The notes under the pieces: generated by a model
Seen by the model: the letters and a program-made list of their open reading frames with translations, nothing else
Database searches by the model: none
Told to the model about the DNA's origin: nothing
Made by a program: the position numbers and the translations under genes
From: Chitinophagales bacterium
GTDB taxonomy: Bacteria; Bacteroidota; Bacteroidia; Chitinophagales; Saprospiraceae
NCBI GenBank assembly: GCA_038219375.1
Contig: JBBRJL010000001.1
Coordinates: 1 to 30,366, forward strand
DNA: 30,366 nucleotides
Reading direction: 5' to 3'
Shown here: one piece after another, positions 19,075 to 27,172 of the stretch
How positions within the stretch are numbered: the first letter of the stretch is position 1
Layout of the letters: each line of letters starts with the position of its first letter

Positions 19075-19119
19075 ACATTCAATTTGCAAACTTAGCATAG
19101 AAATATTATAATTGAATGT
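19075..19119. promoter_or_regulatory. Perfect 10-bp inverted repeat upstream of the carA promoter (candidate operator)
   Basis: ACATTCAATT (19075-19084) and AATTGAATGT (19110-19119), 25-nt spacer. Confidence 0.3.
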
Positions 19120-19139
19120 AATTTGTTTATTATATATCT

Positions 19140-19147
19140 TATATTTG
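19140..19147 (+). promoter_or_regulatory. -7 promoter element for carA-eno-ftsB-sucD
   Basis: TATATTTG(CA) 28 nt upstream of the carA ATG. Confidence 0.7.
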
Positions 19148-19175
19148 CACGAAGTTATTTCACAAAATTTAAATC

Positions 19176-20291
19176 ATGGATTTTTCAAAACCTAGTAAAG
19201 CCGTAGTACTTTTTGAAGACGGAAGTTTTTTTGAAGGACTTGCAGCCGGTATTATCGGTACAACATTTGGTGAAGTTTGTTTTAACACTGGTATGACAGG
19301 ATATCAGGAAATTTTTACTGATCCGTCCTATTATGGCCAAGTCTTAGTAACAACAAATGTTCATGTCGGAAATTATGGTATTAAGGCAACCGATGCAGAA
19401 TCAAAAAAAGTTCAGATTTCAGGTCTTATCTGTAAGAATTTTACAAATGATTTTAGCCGCACAATGGCTGATATGGACATTCAGAAGTATTTTGAGGAAA
19501 ATCAATTAGTTTGCATATATGATATCGACACTCGTTCTATTGTAAGAAATATCAGGGATAAGGGTGCAATGAATTGTATCATCTCTAGTGAAATATTCGA
19601 CGTTGATGTCTTAAGAGAACGACTGAAAACAGTGCCTTCTATGGAAGGTCTTGAGCTTGCGAGCTTGGTTTCGACGGTTGATGCGTTTGCTTTGGGAGAT
19701 GAAGACGCTGATATTCGTATTGCAGTTTTAGATTTTGGCACAAAGATGAATATTCTTAGGAGTCTTGCACAGAGGGGATGTTATCTTAAGGTTTTCCCAG
19801 CTAAAACCACATTTTCAGATTTGTTGAGTTTTAATGCAGATGGTTACTTTTTGTCCAACGGTCCGGGAGATCCATCAGCAATGGATTATGCAATTGGTAC
19901 GGTTCAGTCTATTTTGGAGTTAAAAAAACCTCTTTTTGGAATTTGTTTAGGTCATCAAATATTAGCTTTGGCTAACGGTATTCCTACCTATAAAATGCAC
20001 CATGGACATCGTGGAGCTAATCATCCTGTCATAAACCTTCAATCAGGCAAGTGCGAAATAACTAGTCAAAATCACGGTTTTACGATAAGTGAAAAAGATG
20101 TGATAGCACTTGACGATACTGTTGAAATAACGCATAGAAATCTAAATGATGACACGATTGAAGGTATAAAGATGAGATATCAACCTGCTTTCTCGGTACA
20201 ATATCACCCTGAAGCCAACCCTGGGCCACATGATTCAAAATATTTGTTTGATGATTTCGTAAACCTTTTAAAACAATCAAAAAATAATTAA
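19176..20291 (+). CDS. carA: Carbamoyl-phosphate synthase small (glutaminase) subunit
   Basis: GEVCFNTGMTGYQE..TDPSY.GQ, SNGPGDP, GICLGHQ (catalytic Cys), TSQNHGF, QYHPEANPGP. Confidence 0.98.
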   Translation: MDFSKPSKAVVLFEDGSFFEGLAAGIIGTTFGEVCFNTGMTGYQEIFTDPSYYGQVLVTTNVHVGNYGIKATDAESKKVQISGLICKNFTNDFSRTMADMDIQKYFEENQLVCIYDIDTRSIVRNIRDKGAMNCIISSEIFDVDVLRERLKTVPSMEGLELASLVSTVDAFALGDEDADIRIAVLDFGTKMNILRSLAQRGCYLKVFPAKTTFSDLLSFNADGYFLSNGPGDPSAMDYAIGTVQSILELKKPLFGICLGHQILALANGIPTYKMHHGHRGANHPVINLQSGKCEITSQNHGFTISEKDVIALDDTVEITHRNLNDDTIEGIKMRYQPAFSVQYHPEANPGPHDSKYLFDDFVNLLKQSKNN

Positions 20292-21578
<1,287 letters not shown>

Positions 21579-21614
21579 GTTTCTAATATATTATAATGTT
21601 AAAATAGGTTTTAT

Positions 21615-21932
21615 ATGTCAAAAAATAAGAAGTTACTAGATCATGTTGCTAAATCAGCAGGTATTTCTCCATCGTGGATAAATAAGTTTACTGTCGTTAC
21701 TGCTCTGTTTATTGTATGGGTTACCTTTTTTGATAAACATAATATTTTTGCTTATCAAAAGTTGAAGGGAACCATCGCAAAAATGGAAATGGAAAAGGAC
21801 CATCTCAATCAAGAGATTGCACAAGCACTAAAAGATAAACAGGATTTAGAATTAGATCATGAGAAATTTGCAAGGGAGAAACACCTGATGCATAAGGCTG
21901 ATGAGGAAATCATTTTAATAGAACAAAAGTAA
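21615..21932 (+). CDS. ftsB: FtsB/DivIC septum-formation-initiator family protein
   Basis: One TM helix (FTVVTALFIVWVTFF), then a coiled coil ending EKFAREKHLM...EEI; directly after eno. Confidence 0.75.
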   Translation: MSKNKKLLDHVAKSAGISPSWINKFTVVTALFIVWVTFFDKHNIFAYQKLKGTIAKMEMEKDHLNQEIAQALKDKQDLELDHEKFAREKHLMHKADEEIILIEQK

Positions 21933-21946
21933 GAAATACCAATTGT

Positions 21947-22822
21947 ATGAGTGTATTAGTAAATAAAAATTCAAAGATCATTGTTCAAGGATTTACAGGT
22001 AAGGAAGGAAGTTTTCATGCCGAACAGATGATTGAATATGGGACAAATTTAGTAGGTGGTGTGACTCCTGGTAAGGGAGGGACTGAACATCTAGGAAGAC
22101 CAGTTTTTAATTCTGTAAAAGAAGCTGTTGAGAAAGTAGGTGCAGATACTTCGATAATATTTGTACCACCAGGATTTGCAGCGGATGCTATCATGGAGGC
22201 TGCGGAAGCTGGAATAAAAGTGATTATATGTATTACGGAAGGAATTCCTGTTCAAGATATGGTTATTACTAAGGCTTATATTGAAAAATACGATACCACT
22301 TTGATCGGGCCTAACTGTCCAGGTGTCATCACTCCTGAAGAAGCAAAAGTTGGTATCATGCCTGGTTTTGTATTCAAGAAGGGAAGAATAGGGGTCGTAT
22401 CAAAGTCAGGTACATTAACTTATGAAGCAGCTGATCAGATCGTAAAGGCAGGGATGGGTATCTCTACGGCAATTGGTATTGGTGGTGATCCGATCATTGG
22501 TACACCAACTAAGGAGGCTGTAAAATTATTGATGGAAGATCCTGAAACAGATGGTATCGTTATGATAGGTGAGATAGGTGGTAATTATGAAGCTTTGGCA
22601 GCAAGATATATTTTAGAAACAGGTAATAAAAAACCTGTTGTAGGATTTATCGCCGGTCAAACAGCTCCTAAAGGTCGTACTATGGGACACGCAGGTGCAA
22701 TCGTTGGTGGCCATGAAGATACCGCTGAAGCAAAGATGAAGATCATGGAGGAGTGTGGTATTCATGTAGTACATTCTCCAGCTGAAATAGGCATTACTAT
22801 GGCTAAAGTGCTAAACAAATAA
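21947..22822 (+). CDS. sucD: Succinyl-CoA synthetase alpha subunit
   Basis: IVQGFTGKEGSFH, GGVTPGKGG, IGPNCPG, SKSGTLTYE, GIGGDP, MGHAGA (phospho-His). Confidence 0.99.
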   Translation: MSVLVNKNSKIIVQGFTGKEGSFHAEQMIEYGTNLVGGVTPGKGGTEHLGRPVFNSVKEAVEKVGADTSIIFVPPGFAADAIMEAAEAGIKVIICITEGIPVQDMVITKAYIEKYDTTLIGPNCPGVITPEEAKVGIMPGFVFKKGRIGVVSKSGTLTYEAADQIVKAGMGISTAIGIGGDPIIGTPTKEAVKLLMEDPETDGIVMIGEIGGNYEALAARYILETGNKKPVVGFIAGQTAPKGRTMGHAGAIVGGHEDTAEAKMKIMEECGIHVVHSPAEIGITMAKVLNK

Positions 22823-22880
22823 GACAGAAGGTGAAAGGTGTAATTTTTAAGAATGGAAAGGGCTTTAAACTTTAGTTAGC

Positions 22881-22934
22881 CTTAATCTTAATCTCAACCT
22901 TAAACTTAACCTAAGTCTCAACCTTAAACTAAAT
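22881..22934. repeat. Degenerate hexamer tandem array, 9 units (consensus CTYAAH)
   Basis: cttaat cttaat ctcaac cttaaa cttaac ctaagt ctcaac cttaaa ctaaat; the 14-mer ctcaaccttaaact recurs at a 24-bp period. Confidence 0.85.
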
Positions 22935-22972
22935 AAAAAAGGGTTGTAAACATCAAGTTTACAACCCTTTTT
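22935..22972. terminator. Bidirectional intrinsic terminator between convergent sucD and iscA
   Basis: AAAAAAGGGTTGTAAAC-ATCAA-GTTTACAACCCTTTTT; perfect stem with A and T tracts on the two sides. Confidence 0.92.
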
Positions 22973-23008
22973 AAATATTTTTAGATTTGAACTATTTCAA
23001 AAGCAGTA

Positions 23009-23335
23009 TTATACGGCAAAACTCTCACCGCAGCCACAAGTCCTTGATGCGTTAGGATTATTGAAATAAAATCCTTTACCATTAAGACCTCCTGAAAACT
23101 CTAAAGTAGTGTTGCACAAGTACAAAAAACTCTTGAGATCAGTGACTACTCTTACACCATTATCATCAAATACCTGATCATTTGGCTTGTTTTCATTGTC
23201 AAAATCCATGCTATAGCTCAAGCCTGAACAGCCTCCACTAGTCACACTTACCCTTACAAAATAATCGTTGGTAAGATTTTTTGTACGAATGACTTCTACA
23301 ATCTTTTCTTTAGCACTGTCTGCTACAAATAACAT
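23009..23335 (-). CDS. iscA: A-type Fe-S carrier (IscA/HesB family)
   Basis: SGGCSGLSY and CGCGESF motifs; adjacent to iscU. Confidence 0.9.
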   Translation of the reverse strand: MLFVADSAKEKIVEVIRTKNLTNDYFVRVSVTSGGCSGLSYSMDFDNENKPNDQVFDDNGVRVVTDLKSFLYLCNTTLEFSGGLNGKGFYFNNPNASRTCGCGESFAV

Positions 23336-23358
23336 ATATTAATGTCTTTTAATTATAA

Positions 23359-23772
23359 TTATGCATTTAGAGCTTCTGCTTCTGCATGTACTACATTTTT
23401 GCTTTTGTAGTCTGCAATGGCACTTTTGATCGCGTCTTCTGCCAATACGGAACAGTGAATTTTTACTGGAGGAAGTGCTAATTCTTCTACGATATCCATG
23501 TTGTCAATTGTTAGCGCCTCGTCTATGGACTTACCCTTGAGCCACTCTGTTGCAAGTGATGAAGAAGCAATTGCCGAACCGCAACCAAATGTTTTGAATT
23601 TAGCATCGATGATGGTATTTGATGCTTCATCAACTTCTATTTGAAGTCTCATCACGTCACCACACTCAGGAGCTCCTACGAGTCCTGTACCAACATTCTT
23701 TTTACTTTTATCTAGTGTACCAACATTTTTTGGATTCTTAAAATGGTCGAGTACTTTTTCTGAATATGCCAT
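23359..23772 (-). CDS. iscU: Fe-S cluster scaffold IscU
   Basis: AYSEKVLDHFKNPKNVG, GAPECGD, FKTFGCGSAIASSS, LPPVKIHCS. Confidence 0.97.
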   Translation of the reverse strand: MAYSEKVLDHFKNPKNVGTLDKSKKNVGTGLVGAPECGDVMRLQIEVDEASNTIIDAKFKTFGCGSAIASSSLATEWLKGKSIDEALTIDNMDIVEELALPPVKIHCSVLAEDAIKSAIADYKSKNVVHAEAEALNA

Positions 23773-23804
23773 GTCTTATTATTTTAAAATTTAACGATTT
23801 ATTA

Positions 23805-25028
23805 TTAGTGTTCTGACCATTGGACTGATTCCAAGTCTACACCTTCTTTATACATTTCCCATATAGGGCTCAAATCTCTCATGTGATTCACACCAGCTGT
23901 AACTGCTTTTATGGCATAATCTATATCTTCGTCAGTCGTGAATCTACCAAGACTAAATCTGATCGAAGAGTGTGCCAAATCATCACCTAACCCTAAGGCC
24001 ACAAGTACGTATGAAGGTTCAAGTGAGGCAGAAGTGCAAGCTGAACCTGATGAAACTGCTATATTTTGATTGAATGTCATCATCAACCCTTCTCCTTCTA
24101 CGTGTTTGAAGGATATATTAGTAACATGTGGCATCCTATTATTTACATTTCCATTGATATAAACTTCTTCGAGGTTATCAAAGTATGCTTTTTCTAGCTT
24201 GTCTCTAAGTATCGTCAGTCGTGCCCCATCTTTATGCATTTCTTCTTTAGCTAAAGCTGCTGCTTTGCCAAATCCTACTATACCTGGTACATTAAGCGTT
24301 CCCGATCTCATACCTCTTTCGTGTCCGCCGCCATCCATCTGAGCAGTAACTTTTACTCTAGGATTTTTTCTATTGACAAATAAAGCACCTACTCCTTTAG
24401 GGCCATACATTTTGTGCGAAGTAAAAGCCATTAAGTGTACACCTACTTCTTTAGGATGCGTAGTGATTTTACCTACTGCTTGAGTGGCATCACTCATGAA
24501 TAATACACCATGTTTTTGGCAGATATCACCTATTTCCTTCATCGGTTGGATGACACCAGTCTCATTATTGGCCCACATGATAGAGATCAAAATTGTTTTG
24601 TCTGTAATTGCCGCTTCTAGCTCTTTCAAGTCTATTAAGCCATCGTATTGTACGTCAAGATAAGTCACCTGACCACCCATTTTCTCAACTTTTTTACAAG
24701 CATCAAGAATTGCTTTATGTTCTGTTTTGGTGGTAATGATATGATTTCCTTTTACGGCATACATTTCAAAAATACCTTTAATGGCTAAGTTATCCGATTC
24801 GGTCGCTCCTGAAGTAAATATTATTTCTTTAGAATCGACATCAAGTAAGTCTGCTATTTGCTCACGCGCATAGTCTACGGCTTCTTCTGCTTTCCAACCA
24901 AAAGGATGATTTCTACTTGCAGCATTACCTGGTATTTCATAAAAGTACGGCAACATTGCTTCTACTGCTCTTGGATCGGTAGGTGTTGTGGAATTATTGT
25001 CAAGATATACTAATCTCTTATCACTCAT
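23805..25028 (-). CDS. iscS: Cysteine desulfurase, IscS subfamily
   Basis: YLDNNSTTP, GNAASRNH, FTSGATES, SHKMYGPKG (PLP Lys), SSGSACTS (catalytic Cys), C-terminal SPIWEMYKEG. Confidence 0.97.
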   Translation of the reverse strand: MSDKRLVYLDNNSTTPTDPRAVEAMLPYFYEIPGNAASRNHPFGWKAEEAVDYAREQIADLLDVDSKEIIFTSGATESDNLAIKGIFEMYAVKGNHIITTKTEHKAILDACKKVEKMGGQVTYLDVQYDGLIDLKELEAAITDKTILISIMWANNETGVIQPMKEIGDICQKHGVLFMSDATQAVGKITTHPKEVGVHLMAFTSHKMYGPKGVGALFVNRKNPRVKVTAQMDGGGHERGMRSGTLNVPGIVGFGKAAALAKEEMHKDGARLTILRDKLEKAYFDNLEEVYINGNVNNRMPHVTNISFKHVEGEGLMMTFNQNIAVSSGSACTSASLEPSYVLVALGLGDDLAHSSIRFSLGRFTTDEDIDYAIKAVTAGVNHMRDLSPIWEMYKEGVDLESVQWSEH

Positions 25029-25055
25029 TATTCTTAATTATATTAAATCTAAATA

Positions 25056-25063
25056 CAAATGTA
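25056..25063 (-). promoter_or_regulatory. -7 promoter element for iscS-iscU-iscA
   Basis: TACATTTG on the minus strand (CAAATGTA on plus), 27 nt upstream of the iscS ATG. Confidence 0.6.
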
Positions 25064-25260
25064 AAGCTATTTTGTTTAATTTGTGTCGGTTTTTAATTAA
25101 ACTTTATAAAATTCTTTGAAGAAATTTAAGTTGATTTCAGCCATTGTTCGAATATCAATTTAGATTTTGTCTTAACATCACATTTTGAATTGTTTATGAA
25201 GTACAATTTATAACATATAAAAATGCCGAATTTTGGTTTCCATATTCTAAGATAGACTTT

Positions 25261-26538
25261 TTAGTCTATACCTTCAATGTTTTTATCAGAATAATTACTA
25301 CTTTTTATTACACGGACTTCATCAACTTTTGTATCAGATTTTGATATTATAATAAACTTGTAATTATCCAAAACGATCTCTTCGCCTACTTCAGGAATGC
25401 TACCGTGAGTCATGACGATGTAGCCTGATAATGTGACATATTCTTCTTCAGGCAAATTGAGATTTTCGTATTTACTATTGAGGTACCCTAACTCAAGTCT
25501 CCCTGAAAAAATAAATTCTGAATCTGAAATAACTGTTTCAGTGAAGTCTTCATCATCGTGTTCATCAGCTATCTCTCCGAATATTTCTTCAAGTATATCT
25601 TCTAAAGTAATGATGCCCGCTGTACCGCCAAATTCGTCTACGACACATGCTATGTTTGTGCTACCTTTGATAAATTTGTACATGAGATCTTGTACGTTCA
25701 TGACATCTGGTACATATTCAATATCCATGATGTGTCGCTTTATACTTGCAGGGTTTTTGAATAATTGTTGGTGGTGTAGATATCCTATGGCGTTTTCGAC
25801 GTCCCCATCTACTACGATAAGTCTGGAATGTTTGGACGAAATAAAAGCTTCTTTTACAGTGGCTATATCATCATTTTTATCAATAAAAACTATTTCATTC
25901 CTTGGAATCATACACTCTCTTACCTTAAGTTGGTGGAGATTTAGGGCGTTTGATAGAATCTCTTTATCTATTTCTTTTTCTTCATTTGCATTAGAATTAA
26001 TATAATGCTCAAGATCTAGTTTTGTGATACTATTCTCATTATCAGATTCTACATTTCCAAAGACTATTCTAATGACTAGATTGGAAGTTTTCGTCATAAA
26101 CCAACTTGGTACTAATAATACCCATTTAAAAAAATTGAGTATATATGCTAGTCTGAAGATGAGTTCATTTGCAAATAGTCTAAATAATGTTTTAGGTATA
26201 AACTCTCCAAAAACCAATAAAACCAAAGTAAGAATAATAGTCGTCGTAAACGAAATCCCAAAAGAACCTACGGGCATTACCATTTCTAATAATGGAGTCA
26301 CAAGTTGACTAAAGAAAATGGTGTACATCACTAGGACAATATTATTGCCGACGAGCATTGTACTGAGGAATGACTTAGGGTCATCATACAGAGCTGTTAG
26401 TATTCTTCCTTTTTTAGAGCCTTTATTTTTTAATACTTCTACACTGAGTTTATTTGCCGAAAGGTAAGCTATTTCACTACCCGAAAAGAAGGCTGAAAGT
26501 ATCAATGTAATGATAACCGATATTATAACAATAGACAT
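25261..26538 (-). CDS. Hemolysin-family / CNNM (DUF21) + CBS pair + CorC-HlyC transporter-associated protein
   Basis: LSAFFSGSEIA, LSTMLVGNNI, LVFGEFIPK, MIPRNEI, HSRLIV, VVDEFGGTAGIITLEDILEEIFGEIADEHD, TLSGYI. Confidence 0.92.
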   Translation of the reverse strand: MSIVIISVIITLILSAFFSGSEIAYLSANKLSVEVLKNKGSKKGRILTALYDDPKSFLSTMLVGNNIVLVMYTIFFSQLVTPLLEMVMPVGSFGISFTTTIILTLVLLVFGEFIPKTLFRLFANELIFRLAYILNFFKWVLLVPSWFMTKTSNLVIRIVFGNVESDNENSITKLDLEHYINSNANEEKEIDKEILSNALNLHQLKVRECMIPRNEIVFIDKNDDIATVKEAFISSKHSRLIVVDGDVENAIGYLHHQQLFKNPASIKRHIMDIEYVPDVMNVQDLMYKFIKGSTNIACVVDEFGGTAGIITLEDILEEIFGEIADEHDDEDFTETVISDSEFIFSGRLELGYLNSKYENLNLPEEEYVTLSGYIVMTHGSIPEVGEEIVLDNYKFIIISKSDTKVDEVRVIKSSNYSDKNIEGID

Positions 26539-26556
26539 TTACTACAAATTAAGCCA

Positions 26557-26564
26557 CAAAATTA
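26557..26564 (-). promoter_or_regulatory. Possible internal -7 element for the CNNM gene, overlapping the lptC stop codon
   Basis: TAATTTTG on the minus strand, 18 nt upstream of the ATG; AT-rich context makes a chance match possible. Confidence 0.3.
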
Positions 26565-27152
26565 ATCAATTAAGCCGACAAAATCTGAAACATTCATTTT
26601 ACCTTGTACTTTTTTCTTTATTTCTATACGGCTGAAGTCTTGATTTGCTTTAAATCCAAAGCCATATGTGGTATCTCCCTTCTCGGCTTGGGTGATTCTG
26701 ACGATTTTTTCTGTATAAACTATTCTTTCTTTCTCGTCCCAAATGAGTTCTGGAGTTTCCAGTTTTTCATTTTTTGCATTGTAAAATATGACATTTCCTT
26801 TTGCAGTTACCTTAGATGTTCGTGCTTCTCTCACGGCATTGTCAGCTTTGAGCCAGCTATCTACGACTTTTTGGTCATTTAGAAACTCTATAAGGATTCC
26901 CTTGGGGAAAACATCTTTGGAGTCATTGTAGGCGTTATACCTTTCCAGCACAGGTGCATTAATGATGACCTTAACACTTGCTGAGTCACTGTAGAAGATT
27001 CTAATGTTTTTGCCTCTTTCCACATTGGTTTGGAGGTCTTCTGCCAATAGCTGGTTGATTTCTTCTACTTCATTGCTGCAAGACATAAATGACAGACCTA
27101 TGGTCATTAAAAATAAGAAAAAACAACTTTGCTTTGAATAAGTGTGTGGCAT
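26562..27152 (-). CDS. lptC: LPS export periplasmic protein LptC, predicted lipoprotein
   Basis: Lipobox-like LSFMS-C25; FPKGILIEF, LKADNA, AKGNV, LETPELIWD, IVYTEKIVRI, GFGFKANQDF beta-jellyroll pattern typical of Bacteroidota LptC; directly upstream of the hemolysin-family gene. Confidence 0.8.
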   Translation of the reverse strand: MPHTYSKQSCFFLFLMTIGLSFMSCSNEVEEINQLLAEDLQTNVERGKNIRIFYSDSASVKVIINAPVLERYNAYNDSKDVFPKGILIEFLNDQKVVDSWLKADNAVREARTSKVTAKGNVIFYNAKNEKLETPELIWDEKERIVYTEKIVRITQAEKGDTTYGFGFKANQDFSRIEIKKKVQGKMNVSDFVGLID

Positions 27153-27172
27153 GGTTTATTTTTCTTACTGAA

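Noticed and set aside
19100-19130. Canonical ArgR ARG box at carA
   Set aside because: Only one half site is in register (TGAAT); the ATTCA half at 4-nt spacing is absent.
22881-22934. Hexamer array as CRISPR or as a coding LN/LR-repeat peptide
   Set aside because: There are no spacers and no cas genes; neither the LN nor the LR frame has a start codon after the preceding stop.
25045-25167. 10-bp inverted repeat AAATCTAAAT/ATTTAGATTT around the isc promoter; possible IscR site
   Set aside because: Arms are about 100 nt apart and 90% AT, so chance is likely; there is no resemblance to IscR type 1 or 2 sites.
25433-26005. 190-aa antisense ORF inside the CNNM gene
   Set aside because: Ser-rich shadow of the Glu/Asp-rich sense strand; no independent signals.
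25261-26538. Naming the CNNM/CBS gene gldE
   Set aside because: Same family, but no gldD is adjacent, and the position after lptC fits the paralogous hemolysin-family gene.
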